Positions 50,182 through 60,096 of a DNA stretch of 64,000 bases are shown here, piece after piece. The stretch is from NCBI GenBank assembly GCA_037139195.1, contig JBAXGW010000006.1, positions 9,232-73,231 of the forward strand. The letters are read 5' to 3'. Below the pieces are notes generated by a model. It ran no database searches. It saw nothing but the letters and a program-made list of their open reading frames with translations, and was not told where the DNA came from. The stretch's first letter is position 1. Every line of letters starts with the position of its first letter. The position numbers and the translations under genes were made by a program. This stretch comes from Bacteroidota bacterium (GTDB taxonomy: Bacteria > Bacteroidota > Bacteroidia > Bacteroidales > JAHJDW01).

Positions 50182-51624
50182 ATGTTATTTAGTTCAATTA
50201 TATTTTTGTTTTCTTTTTTGCCAATTACGTTGTTGGGGTATTATCTCATTAATCCTCAATATCGTAACTATTGGCTTTTATTGACTAGTTTATTTTTCTT
50301 TGCTTGGGGAGGAGTTAGTTTTACAATTATTCTGATTGTTTCAATTGTACTTAATTTTCTTTTTGGTCTACTAATTCAAAAGAATTTAGAAAATAAATCT
50401 GCATTTGTTTGGTTGTTTATTGGTGTTTCTATTAACATTGCTTTGCTTGGTGTTTTTAAATATACCAATTTTATTGTTGCTAATCTGAATAATCTTTTTG
50501 GAGTAATTAATATTAAACAATTACCTGCAACTCATATTATTCTACCTGTTGGTATTTCATTCTATACTTTTCATTCTTTGTCGTATTTGGTTGATATTTA
50601 TCGTAGAAAGGTAACTGCACAAAAGAATATATTTGATTTGTCACTTTATATTAGCATGTTTTCGCAACTAATTGCAGGTCCTATTATTAGATATAGCGAT
50701 GTTTGGACTCAATTGCGAAATAGAACTCATACACTTAGTAAATTTTCCTCAGGGGTAGAACGATTTTTAATTGGTTTAGGAAAGAAAGTTTTGTTGGCAA
50801 ATGTTTTTGCTAAAGTAGCAGATGATATTTTTGCAGTAAACGCAATTGATTTAAATGCTCCAACTGCTTGGCTCGGAATCGTTTGTTATTCTTTACAAAT
50901 TTATTGCGATTTTGCTGGTTATTCAGATATGGCAATTGGTTTAGGTAGAATGTTTGGTTTCGAGTTTTTAGAGAATTTTAATTATCCATATATTGCTAAA
51001 TCTGTTAAAGAATTTTGGCGAAGATGGCATATTTCATTGTCGTCTTTTTTTCGTGATTATGTATATATTCCGCTAGGTGGAAATAGAGTTAAAATTGGCA
51101 GAACCTATTTAAATTTGTTGCTTGTTTTTCTGCTGACTGGCTTCTGGCATGGAGCAAGCTGGAGTTTTGTAGTTTGGGGATTATTTCATGGCTTTTTTAT
51201 GGTAATTGAAAAACTTGGTTTTGATAAAGTATTAGATAGAACATGGAAACCTATTTCTAATCTTTATACAATTCTTGTGGTTATGTTTGCTTGGGTCTTG
51301 TTCAGAGCAGATACTTTAACTTATGCCGTTCATTTCTGGAAAGCAATGTTTAACTTTTCTCAAAATACAAATCAAATTGCATTGTTTTATAGTTTTATGA
51401 ATAAGGAATTTTATTATGCTTTAGTGGTTGTAATTCTTGGGTCATTTGGGTTTTATAGAATTGTTGGTGAAAAAGTTAATCTAATTTTAAGTAATACCAA
51501 GTTTGTGTTTTTTAATCATGTATATCATTTTATATCATTGTCATTTTATTTATTTATAATGATATTTAGCACAACATATTTAATTGCAGGTACTTATAAC
51601 CCTTTTATTTATTATAGATTTTAA
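50182..51624 (+). CDS. MBOAT O-acyltransferase (AlgI/PatA-like)
   Basis: MLFSS..FL, LPVGISFYTF, LIAGPI.RY, DFAGYSDMAIG, EFWRRWHISLS, GFWHGA, NPFIYYRF. Confidence 0.92.
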   Translation: MLFSSIIFLFSFLPITLLGYYLINPQYRNYWLLLTSLFFFAWGGVSFTIILIVSIVLNFLFGLLIQKNLENKSAFVWLFIGVSINIALLGVFKYTNFIVANLNNLFGVINIKQLPATHIILPVGISFYTFHSLSYLVDIYRRKVTAQKNIFDLSLYISMFSQLIAGPIIRYSDVWTQLRNRTHTLSKFSSGVERFLIGLGKKVLLANVFAKVADDIFAVNAIDLNAPTAWLGIVCYSLQIYCDFAGYSDMAIGLGRMFGFEFLENFNYPYIAKSVKEFWRRWHISLSSFFRDYVYIPLGGNRVKIGRTYLNLLLVFLLTGFWHGASWSFVVWGLFHGFFMVIEKLGFDKVLDRTWKPISNLYTILVVMFAWVLFRADTLTYAVHFWKAMFNFSQNTNQIALFYSFMNKEFYYALVVVILGSFGFYRIVGEKVNLILSNTKFVFFNHVYHFISLSFYLFIMIFSTTYLIAGTYNPFIYYRF

Positions 51625-51630
51625 TTTATT

Positions 51631-52785
51631 ATGCATTTGAATTATAGAAATATATTAATAACTGTAGTTTTTTTGCTTTTTATTTCTTTTCCTTTTGTTA
51701 ATGGTAGGATTAATATAGTTAAGGATATTAAAAGCTCAGAGAACAGAGGTATGAAAAAAGAACCATTGTTTGATACTACGAATATTAATGTATATCCATT
51801 GGCTTATGAGGAATTCTATAATGATAATTTCCCTTTAAGAAGTAGATATATAAAGTTGTTTAATTCTTTTAACTTAAACATCTTAGATAAATCTCCAGTG
51901 CCAGATCAAGTAATAATTGGAAAAGAGGGATGGTTATATTTTGCAAATGAGGAATTAGATATTTATAAAGGGAAAAATAGATTTTCAGAAAAAGAGCTAG
52001 AGGAGTTTAGATTGGAATTAGACTATAGAACAAACTATTTAGAGAAACTAGGAATCAAATATTATTTTATGGTTGCTCCCTCTAAATCTACGATATATCC
52101 TGAATACATGCCAGTTAGTGTTGTTCAGGAAAACAAAGAGTCATGGGGAGAACAACTTATTAATTATTTGAACAAGAAGTCGGTTGTGAAAACAATAAAT
52201 GTCTACACTACACTAAGAGCTAACTCTAAAAAGGAGAATTTGTATTATAAAATTGATAATCATTGGAATATGCTTGGTGGGTTTTATGGTGCTAATGAAA
52301 TTATTAGGGTGATGAAAAAAGATTTTCCTCAGCTTAGTACGCATAAACTTTCGGAATATTCAATAAAAAAAGAACAAATTAAAGAAGGAAATCTATCAAA
52401 AATGTTTTCTGGATCTGGTAATTTCAGAGATGTACGTTGTTTTTTTACTCCTAAAAAAGGAAGAAAAGCGGTAGAAGTTGCAAAAAAATATCCTGTAATA
52501 AAGAATTTTTCAATGATTAATGATTACGAAAAAACCATGGAAATTAAAGATTCGCATAAACCTAAAATATTAATTATTACCGATTCATTTGGTGCACATG
52601 CTTACGAATTTCTTTCAGAGGAATTTAGCCGTAGTGTAAAAATTTTTGATGCATGGAATTATATGTTGAATGAGGACATTGTGCTTAAAGAAAAGCCCGA
52701 TATTGTATTACTAATTTCATTTGAACCTAGATTGAGATATTTGCTTAAAAATCAATCTCGTTTAAAAAATATAGAAAAGAAATAA
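51631..52785 (+). CDS. AlgJ/AlgX-like periplasmic O-acetyltransferase
   Basis: N-terminal TM, ENR, GKEGWLY, PSKSTIYPE, DNHWN (DxHW) and DSF motifs. Confidence 0.82.
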   Translation: MHLNYRNILITVVFLLFISFPFVNGRINIVKDIKSSENRGMKKEPLFDTTNINVYPLAYEEFYNDNFPLRSRYIKLFNSFNLNILDKSPVPDQVIIGKEGWLYFANEELDIYKGKNRFSEKELEEFRLELDYRTNYLEKLGIKYYFMVAPSKSTIYPEYMPVSVVQENKESWGEQLINYLNKKSVVKTINVYTTLRANSKKENLYYKIDNHWNMLGGFYGANEIIRVMKKDFPQLSTHKLSEYSIKKEQIKEGNLSKMFSGSGNFRDVRCFFTPKKGRKAVEVAKKYPVIKNFSMINDYEKTMEIKDSHKPKILIITDSFGAHAYEFLSEEFSRSVKIFDAWNYMLNEDIVLKEKPDIVLLISFEPRLRYLLKNQSRLKNIEKK

Positions 52786-52815
52786 ATATTACTGAAATAT
52801 ATAAAAAATCATAAA

Positions 52816-55800
52816 ATGGCAGAATTAAACATTACCCTAAACGGAAATGCGGTTAAAGGATTCAACGGTGAAACTATTTTAGAATTAGCAAGGAGAAATG
52901 GAATCAAAATTCCTACGCTTTGTAATGATGGTAGATTAGAGCCTTTTTCTTCTTGTTTTGTTTGTGTAGTTGAGATTGCTGGAATGAGAGGCTTGCAACC
53001 TTCTTGTTCTACAAAGATTACCGAAGGAATGGTAATAAAAACTGATAGTGAGAAAGTATATAAGTCAAGAAAAACTGCTTTAGAGCTTCTATTGAGTAAT
53101 CATTATGCCGATTGTATTGGTCCTTGCAAACAAACTTGTCCTGCTGGTGTAGATGTTCAAGGATATATTTCAATGATTGAAAAAGGGATGTACAGCGAAG
53201 CCATAGAAATAATTAAAGAAACTAATCCTCTTCCAGCTATTTGCGGTAGAGTTTGCGTTCGCCCATGTGAAGTGGCTTGTAGAAGAAACTTAATGGATGA
53301 AGGTGCACCTGTTGGCGTTGACTATTTAAAGCGTTTTGTTGCCGATTATGATTTAAATTCAGCTAATAAATATATTCCCAAAGTAAAACCATCAACAAAT
53401 AAAAAAGTCGCTGTAATTGGAGCAGGACCTGGTGGTTTGGCTTCAGCATTTTTCTTGCAAAAAGAAGGTCATCAAGTAGATATTTTTGAAGCTAGCCCTC
53501 ACGGTGGTGGAATGTTGCGTTATGGAATTCCTGAATATAGATTGCCAAATAATATTTTAGATGCTGAAATTGATAATATCAAAGAGATTGGTGTTAATGT
53601 GTTTTACAACAAAAAACTTGGTGAAAGTATTAAATATATTGAGATTAAGAAAAAATATGATGCAACAATTCTAGCTATTGGCTCACAAGCTGGTACAAGT
53701 GTTGGTTGTGAAGGCGATGACGCCAGGAATGTATTGTCAGGAATTGATTTCTTGCGCACCATGGAGATGACTGGAAAGCGCTACGATTTCAAAGGTAAGA
53801 AAGTAGCTATAATTGGTGGTGGAAACACTGCTATGGATTGCTGTCGTTCGGCATTGCGATGTGGCGCAGAGAAAGTATATATTATATATCGTCGTACGGA
53901 AAAGGAAATGCCCGCTAACCCGATTGAAATTCACGAATCAAAATTGGAAGGTGTTGAATATCTATTTTTAACAGCTCCTTCAAAAATAAATAAAGATGCT
54001 CATGGGATTTTAAAATCCATGACTTGCATTAAAATGACACTTGGCGAACCAGATGCTTCAGGCAGAAGAAGACCAGTTGCAGAAGTGGGTTCTGATTTTG
54101 ATGTGGAATTAGATTATGTAATAGCTGCAATTGGTCAAAAAACTGTGTTTGATTTTGCAGAAGATATAAATTCTGTTGAAAAAGAAGGAGAATTAAAAGC
54201 TAATAAATGGGGCGATTTGGATGTAATCCATGAAACATTGCAGACGGGGGTGAAATCTATTTTTGCTGCTGGCGATGGCGTTACTGGCCCAGCTACTTTG
54301 ATTGAAGCAGTCGCGCAAGGCAGATTGGCGGCTCATAGTTGTAATCAATATTTGAGTGGAATGCCGATTATTCCGCCTCAAAAAGAGTTTTTAAGTAAAA
54401 AGGATAATTTTAAAAAACAAATTGCAAGCGATTATATCAATAAATTTGAAATACAAGCTCGAATTGAAATGCCCACTTTGTCTAAAGAACAACGAATGAA
54501 CTTTAATGAAGTTGAGCTAGGTTATGTAAATGAAGAAGTTGCGCGCGAAGAAACGTGCAGATGCCTTGAATGTGGTTGCGTTGAATATCATACTTGCGAT
54601 TTGAAGCGAATTGCAACTGAATATGGAGCTGAACAAAAAACGTTTTCTGGCGAATTTAAACAAGCTGAAGTTGATTTTAGTCATCCTTTTATCGAAATAG
54701 ACAATAATAAATGTGTGTTGTGTTCTCGTTGTATCCGCATTTGTAGCGATGTGGTTGGGGCAAATGCTTTAGGATTGGTTGATAGAGGTTTTAATACATA
54801 CGTTGCACCAAGTATGGGAGATTCATTGAATGATACCGATTGTGAATCTTGTGGGTTATGTATTTCGGCTTGTCCAACGGCTGCAATAAATGAGAACTTC
54901 AAATTCAAACCGGGTCCTGTAAAAACTGCGGAAATTAGTACTATTTGTAATTTCTGCTCAATAGGTTGCGAAATAACTTTAAATCATAAGAATGGTTTTG
55001 TGATGAAAGTTACGGGCAAAGAAGGAATGGTTAATATTGATGGTAACTTATGTAAGTATCCGAAGTTTGGATATAATTATATCAATAGTTCTAGTCGTAT
55101 AACGAAGCCACTTTATAAGATAAATGGGAAGTTTGAAGAAATAAGTTTTGAGAAAGCTTATGAAATAATTGGCACGAAAGTTAAAGCTTCAAAAGCTGAT
55201 GAAAATGCATTCTTTGCTGGAGCAAGATTAACAAATGAAGAAATTTATTTGATTAAGAAGTTTGCAAAAGAAGCTGTTAATACAGATAATATTAGTTCAT
55301 TCCATTATATTGGTAGGGGAGATTATTCCAAAAACTCATTTAAAAATGCTGAATTTTCTGAACTTTATGCAGCATCTAAGGTTTATTTGTTAGGTTCAGA
55401 AATTAATAAGGATAATGCAGTTTTAGGTTTCGAAATAAATAATGCTCGAGTTACTAATGGCGTTCAAGTTGAGTTAATTACAAACAAAGCTGATAGCGCT
55501 ATGAAGAAAAAAGTAGATGCTATTACTAAAGTAGATTCTTACTATTATTTTGTTAAAGCTGTTAACCATTTTTTGTTGAGTAAAGGCTTGCAAAATAGTT
55601 TATTTATTGGAAAAACTAAGAAGTTTGAAGAATATAAGGCTACTTTATTAAAAGAAAACTTTGCTGATTTGTGCAAAAAATCTGGTGTTTCTGCATGCAT
55701 TATTGAAAAATTTGCTGAAAATTATTATAATTTTATGAATGCGATTATCGTGTTTTCTGAAAAAGAATTATCGGCAAATACTTGCGCTGAATTACATAAT

Positions 55801-56385
55801 TTGGCAATGATAACAGGAAAGCTTGGAAAAATAGCTAATGGCTTGATTTCATTGAAGGAAAAGAACAATTCGCAAGGTTTGATTGATTTAGGAATTACTG
55901 ATAATCATAAAGTATTTGATTTGTTGAAAGGAAATAAATTCAAGAATATATTTATATTTGATGAAGACCCAATTGGAACTTCTACAGAGAATAATAGGAG
56001 TGAAGTTATTGCTTGGTTTAAAGATTCATTTGTTGTAGTTCAGGATTATTTCAAAACTGAAACTGCCGAAGTTGCCGATTTGATTTTGCCAGCATCAATG
56101 CCATTTGAAATTGGGGGAACATTCACCAATACACAGAAAATGATTCAATCTTTTGAAAATTCATCCAGTAAATTAAAACAAACTTCATTGCTTCAGCTCT
56201 CAAACATTATAAGTTTAATAGGCGTGAAAGTGAAAAATTCGATTGAAGTAGCTGATTTGCTTAAAGATGCAATTAAGGACGAAAATTTCGAATTTATTCC
56301 CACTTCAAAAGATAAATCAAATCGTTTGTTTAATCATGGTTGTGATGTGGTTGTGAAAATGGCGGATAAAGGTTTCCTTTTTTAA
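52816..56385 (+). CDS. Multi-FeS FAD oxidoreductase: [2Fe-2S] + GltD-like NADP(H) module + NuoG-like C-terminus (StnC-like)
   Basis: LC..CFVC..SC; PCKQTCP, CGRVC.RPCE..C; IGAGPGG; GGGNTAMD..YRRT; CRCLECGC; two CxxCxxC...C motifs; CNFCSIGC. No H-cluster motifs seen. Confidence 0.82.
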   Translation: MAELNITLNGNAVKGFNGETILELARRNGIKIPTLCNDGRLEPFSSCFVCVVEIAGMRGLQPSCSTKITEGMVIKTDSEKVYKSRKTALELLLSNHYADCIGPCKQTCPAGVDVQGYISMIEKGMYSEAIEIIKETNPLPAICGRVCVRPCEVACRRNLMDEGAPVGVDYLKRFVADYDLNSANKYIPKVKPSTNKKVAVIGAGPGGLASAFFLQKEGHQVDIFEASPHGGGMLRYGIPEYRLPNNILDAEIDNIKEIGVNVFYNKKLGESIKYIEIKKKYDATILAIGSQAGTSVGCEGDDARNVLSGIDFLRTMEMTGKRYDFKGKKVAIIGGGNTAMDCCRSALRCGAEKVYIIYRRTEKEMPANPIEIHESKLEGVEYLFLTAPSKINKDAHGILKSMTCIKMTLGEPDASGRRRPVAEVGSDFDVELDYVIAAIGQKTVFDFAEDINSVEKEGELKANKWGDLDVIHETLQTGVKSIFAAGDGVTGPATLIEAVAQGRLAAHSCNQYLSGMPIIPPQKEFLSKKDNFKKQIASDYINKFEIQARIEMPTLSKEQRMNFNEVELGYVNEEVAREETCRCLECGCVEYHTCDLKRIATEYGAEQKTFSGEFKQAEVDFSHPFIEIDNNKCVLCSRCIRICSDVVGANALGLVDRGFNTYVAPSMGDSLNDTDCESCGLCISACPTAAINENFKFKPGPVKTAEISTICNFCSIGCEITLNHKNGFVMKVTGKEGMVNIDGNLCKYPKFGYNYINSSSRITKPLYKINGKFEEISFEKAYEIIGTKVKASKADENAFFAGARLTNEEIYLIKKFAKEAVNTDNISSFHYIGRGDYSKNSFKNAEFSELYAASKVYLLGSEINKDNAVLGFEINNARVTNGVQVELITNKADSAMKKKVDAITKVDSYYYFVKAVNHFLLSKGLQNSLFIGKTKKFEEYKATLLKENFADLCKKSGVSACIIEKFAENYYNFMNAIIVFSEKELSANTCAELHNLAMITGKLGKIANGLISLKEKNNSQGLIDLGITDNHKVFDLLKGNKFKNIFIFDEDPIGTSTENNRSEVIAWFKDSFVVVQDYFKTETAEVADLILPASMPFEIGGTFTNTQKMIQSFENSSSKLKQTSLLQLSNIISLIGVKVKNSIEVADLLKDAIKDENFEFIPTSKDKSNRLFNHGCDVVVKMADKGFLF

Positions 56386-56421
56386 ATGGATGAAAATGAG
56401 ATTAAATATTTATTGGTAATT

Positions 56422-58125
56422 TTAAAAACTAGTATTAATTCCAAAATGAATTTTTGCGTTTTTAAATTCTATTGGATTGCTAAATTGTTTGCCTAAGGCA
56501 TAAGTAAGAATAAAATTCCCTGCTTTGGTTTCGAACGATATACCTGCACCAAATCCATAAGGGGTATCGCTAATAGTTGTATTGTTCATCATTCTTTTTT
56601 GATACCATGCAAGGTCGGTAAATACAAATAAATAAGAGCGCTCTTCTAATAAAAAACGCAATTCATTAGTTAATATTGAATAATCTGAAGCATAAATAGA
56701 AACTTCGTCAAATCCTCTAAGTGTTTTTAAGCCCCCAATGCGAAAAAATTCATTTGTTAAAAGTTGGTCATCTGTAATAGTTTGACCTTGAACTAGAAGT
56801 TTGTAAACAAATCTTTTATTTAAAGAGAAGTATGACCCTAATTTAGCTCCTATTATAATTTGCATCGACTTCCTATTTATTATCGAATCGGAAATATTTG
56901 TATAAGTACTTGTGCTTTTGTTTCCAATCATTGTTTCTATATCAAGATATTTGCCTTTTCTAGGATTGAAAATATTATCGGTTTTATTAATCAACAGATT
57001 TGCTCCAAACAAAGTGGCCTTATAATCGCCAAAACCTGAAGTGCTAGCGTATAGTGAGCTGCTTGATAAAACCGATGATGTTCTATTATTCACAAAAAGC
57101 TTTAAAAAATTATTTGAATTAAAACTATAAAAAACACCCAGTTTTTGTTCTACTGATAGGAAGCTTGTGTCTTGCTTCAACATGTATAATACGCCATCAA
57201 CCCCAAAAACTGTATTAAACAAGTAGGGGTATTGAATATTTGTTTTAAGCTCTTGTCCATTCTCATTAAGTTTTTTCCAATTGAAATCTAATATTTCTGC
57301 ATGATTAAATGAATTTGCCAAGTGTAATTGAACATCTCCAGAAAGTTGAATTTTATTGGTCTTTGGGTTTGGTAAGAAGCCAATCATCCCATCAAATTTA
57401 TTGCTTTTTACTTTTTCTAAATCTAAAATTAATTTGCAAGTATTTTCAGTGAAAATAATTTTAACTGGGGTTTTTGAATGAACAAATAAATTGTTTTTCA
57501 ATTTGTTGTCAATTTCTTGTATTAGAGATTCATTATAGGTGTCGCCTTCAGATATTTCAATTAAATTTGATAAATATTTTTTGTTAATTTTCGAATTGCC
57601 TTTAATAACAATACTATCGATTTTATACAAATAATTTTTTTCAATTTTTAAAATAGCATTTATCTTTTTGTCAATTATAGTTAATGAATCAAAATATAAA
57701 GAAACAAATGGATAACCATTATTTTCATAAGAAGAAAGAATTGCCATCAATTGTCTTTCTGTCCCTTTTAAGCTAAATGGGGTATTATTTAAAAAATATT
57801 TATCTTGTTTTGTGCCTGTATTTTCTTTAATTTTTAATTCGCCCCAAATATATTTTTGTCCTTTGTTATATGTAATATTTAGGGTGTCGCTTTTTGCAAA
57901 TAAAGAGTCAAATGAAAAAGCAATATAACCTTTTTCCCATTGTTTAACTTGATATTGGGCAATTATACGATCTGTTTTTTCGTTCGATTTTAATACATAA
58001 TTGAAGGGTTTTTCAGTTTTTGTTGTTGAAGAAAAGTGCAAAATACGAACTGAATCCTGAGCATAAATAGATGCGCAAGACAAAAAAAATAAGAAGCTAT
58101 AGATAACTATTTTGTAATATCCCAT
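56422..58125 (-). CDS. Omp85/BamA-TamA family outer membrane protein with POTRA domain
   Basis: YENNGYPF, FRIGG..TLRGFDE, C-terminal KIHFGINTSF. Confidence 0.8.
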   Translation of the reverse strand: MGYYKIVIYSFLFFLSCASIYAQDSVRILHFSSTTKTEKPFNYVLKSNEKTDRIIAQYQVKQWEKGYIAFSFDSLFAKSDTLNITYNKGQKYIWGELKIKENTGTKQDKYFLNNTPFSLKGTERQLMAILSSYENNGYPFVSLYFDSLTIIDKKINAILKIEKNYLYKIDSIVIKGNSKINKKYLSNLIEISEGDTYNESLIQEIDNKLKNNLFVHSKTPVKIIFTENTCKLILDLEKVKSNKFDGMIGFLPNPKTNKIQLSGDVQLHLANSFNHAEILDFNWKKLNENGQELKTNIQYPYLFNTVFGVDGVLYMLKQDTSFLSVEQKLGVFYSFNSNNFLKLFVNNRTSSVLSSSSLYASTSGFGDYKATLFGANLLINKTDNIFNPRKGKYLDIETMIGNKSTSTYTNISDSIINRKSMQIIIGAKLGSYFSLNKRFVYKLLVQGQTITDDQLLTNEFFRIGGLKTLRGFDEVSIYASDYSILTNELRFLLEERSYLFVFTDLAWYQKRMMNNTTISDTPYGFGAGISFETKAGNFILTYALGKQFSNPIEFKNAKIHFGINTSF

Positions 58126-58793
58126 TCAATTGGTTCTTTGCCTTGTTTTATCAATAATTCATTAGCTTTCGAAAAATGTTTACAACCAAGAAAGCCATTA
58201 TATGCCGAAAAAGGGGATGGGTGAGCAGCTGTTAGAATAAAATGTTTGCTTTCATCAATTAATTTTTGTTTTTCCTTTGCAAAATTACCCCATAAAATAA
58301 AAACAACCCCTTGTTTCTTTTCCGATATATTAGAAATTGCAGCATCGGTAAATTGTTCCCATCCTTTTTTTTGATGCGATCCCGCCTGATTTGCACGCAC
58401 CGAAAGAGTTGCATTTAAAAGCAAAACGCCTTGTTTTGCCCATTTATCTAGGCATCCATTTTTCTGAATAGGAATGTTTAAATCGGTGTTTAATTCTTTG
58501 AAAATATTTGCCAATGATGGAGGAGGTTTAATTCCTTCAGGCACAGAAAACGATAAACCATGGGCTTGTCCATCACCGTGGTATGGATCTTGACCAATAA
58601 TAACTACTTTAACATTTTCAAAAGGAGTTAAATTAAAAGCAGAAAACATGAGATTTCCAGGAGGATAAACAGAAAATTTTGATTTTTCCTCAATAAGAAA
58701 TCTTTTTAAATCTATAAAATATGCTTTTTTAAATTCATTTTCTAAAATGGCTCGCCAACTATCTTCAATTTTTGGGTTTACTTCGATGCTCAT
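58107..58793 (-). CDS. ung: Uracil-DNA glycosylase (family 1)
   Basis: GQDPYH, HGLSFSV, PPSL.NI, LLLN and HPSP motifs. Confidence 0.96.
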   Translation of the reverse strand: MSIEVNPKIEDSWRAILENEFKKAYFIDLKRFLIEEKSKFSVYPPGNLMFSAFNLTPFENVKVVIIGQDPYHGDGQAHGLSFSVPEGIKPPPSLANIFKELNTDLNIPIQKNGCLDKWAKQGVLLLNATLSVRANQAGSHQKKGWEQFTDAAISNISEKKQGVVFILWGNFAKEKQKLIDESKHFILTAAHPSPFSAYNGFLGCKHFSKANELLIKQGKEPIEWDITK

Positions 58794-58952
58794 AGGGAAA
58801 CAATAAAAAAATATATATAATACAAAATAAAATAAAATAAACTATTAATCCCGAATTGTTAATAATTATTTTTATTATTTGGTTTTATATTTGCTATCAA
58901 ATTCTTATATTTGTAATTCTATAAATTATGAAACATTAATAAAGCTGTAAAT

Positions 58953-59081
58953 ATGAAAAAAGTTGTTCTTACATTATTAGCATTTGCATTTGTTGCTGCA
59001 CTAGTATCTTCATGTAAAACTCACGAAAGATGCCCAGCATATAGCAAGGCAAACAACGTTAAAACAGAAAAATTATCTTAA
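58953..59081 (+). CDS. Small 42-aa lipoprotein (absent from the ORF track)
   Basis: MKKVVLTLLAFAFVAALVSSCKTHERCPAYSKANNVKTEKLS*; lipobox VSSC; TATATTTG at 58906; downstream hairpin. Confidence 0.8.
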   Translation: MKKVVLTLLAFAFVAALVSSCKTHERCPAYSKANNVKTEKLS

Positions 59082-59087
59082 TTAATT

Positions 59088-59140
59088 TGTTTGTTGTTAT
59101 TAAAAATCCCCAATATGCGTAACAACAAACATTTTTTCTT
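59088..59140 (+). terminator. Terminator-like hairpin of the small lipoprotein gene
   Basis: TGTTTGTTGTTA (59088-99) pairs with TAACAACAAACA (59120-31), followed by a T run. Confidence 0.6.
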
Positions 59141-59166
59141 TCAGAGTAATTCAATTAAGTTTCCCG

Positions 59167-59200
59167 CCTTTAACTGATTAAAACATACCTTTAACTGATT
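59167..59200. repeat. 13-bp direct repeat with 21-bp period
   Basis: CCTTTAACTGATT at 59167 and 59188. Confidence 0.75.
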
Positions 59201-59334
59201 GCTTGTTGTTACTAGTAACTTTTATGGTTACATTTACCAGCGAAAATATCTTGTTTTGAAAAATATTTCAAATTTCGTTTATTTTCAAGCGTTCTTTGAT
59301 ATGTTTTTGTAAATTTGCACTATAATTTTCAGAT

Positions 59335-60096
59335 ATGTTTAAGTCAATTAATCTTCTGTTTGTATTAATTATTTCTTCCATCTCAGTGTTTTCGCAATCT
59401 ACTGAAAGTAATTATTTAGAAAGGGGAATCCTTTATAGATATGAAAAATCAGGAGGCTTGCAAATTCACACTCAAGGTTTTGGTATGCATTATAGAACAG
59501 GTAAACATTTAACTGGCTATAGTAAAACAACGCTAGAATTTGATTTAGTAGGAATGAAACATCCTAAGGAAGTAAAATCTGTAAGTTCGCTTTATGTTGA
59601 TGCAAAAAGTTTTGTTTATGGCAAATTAAATACGCTTACTATACTTCGTACTGGATTAGGTGTTCAAAAAATTATTAATAGCAAGGGTCGAGGAATAAAA
59701 AGTGCAGTTGAAGTTCGATATTTTTATTTTCTAGGTGGATCATTAGGGTTTGCAAAACCTGTTTATCTATACATCGTTAAAGGGTTTACTAGCAATTATA
59801 AAATCATTACTGCAACAGAAAAATATAATCCTCAAATTCATTACCCTGAAAATATTTTTGGAAGAGCATCTTTTGTTAACGGGATTGATGAAATTAAAAT
59901 TCACCCAGGCGGATATGCAAAATTTGGATTGTCTTTTGATTATGCAGCTTACGAGGAAGAAGTAAAATCTATTGAAATAGGAGCTATTTTGGATGCTTAT
60001 CCCAAAAGTATTCCAATAATGGCAACCAAGACAAACAATAATCTATTTCTCACTTTTTATATGAGTTTTAATATTGGCAAGCGATTTAATAAATAA
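59335..60096 (+). CDS. Hypothetical exported protein, probably an outer-membrane beta-barrel
   Basis: Signal peptide and alternating beta-strands (SFVYGKLN, GGSLGFAKPVYL, terminal FNIGKRF). -7 TAAATTTG at 59310. Confidence 0.65.
   Translation: MFKSINLLFVLIISSISVFSQSTESNYLERGILYRYEKSGGLQIHTQGFGMHYRTGKHLTGYSKTTLEFDLVGMKHPKEVKSVSSLYVDAKSFVYGKLNTLTILRTGLGVQKIINSKGRGIKSAVEVRYFYFLGGSLGFAKPVYLYIVKGFTSNYKIITATEKYNPQIHYPENIFGRASFVNGIDEIKIHPGGYAKFGLSFDYAAYEEEVKSIEIGAILDAYPKSIPIMATKTNNNLFLTFYMSFNIGKRFNK

Noticed and set aside
47317-56385. Respiratory complex I, [FeFe]-hydrogenase or glutamate synthase operon
   Set aside because: There are no membrane Nuo subunits, H-cluster motifs or gltB. The domain order fits an Stn-like enzyme.
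56386-56421. ATGGATGAAAATGAGATT (MDENEI), resembling the start of a GxxExxY-family gene remnant
   Set aside because: Only ~6 codons of resemblance, too short to support a pseudogene call.
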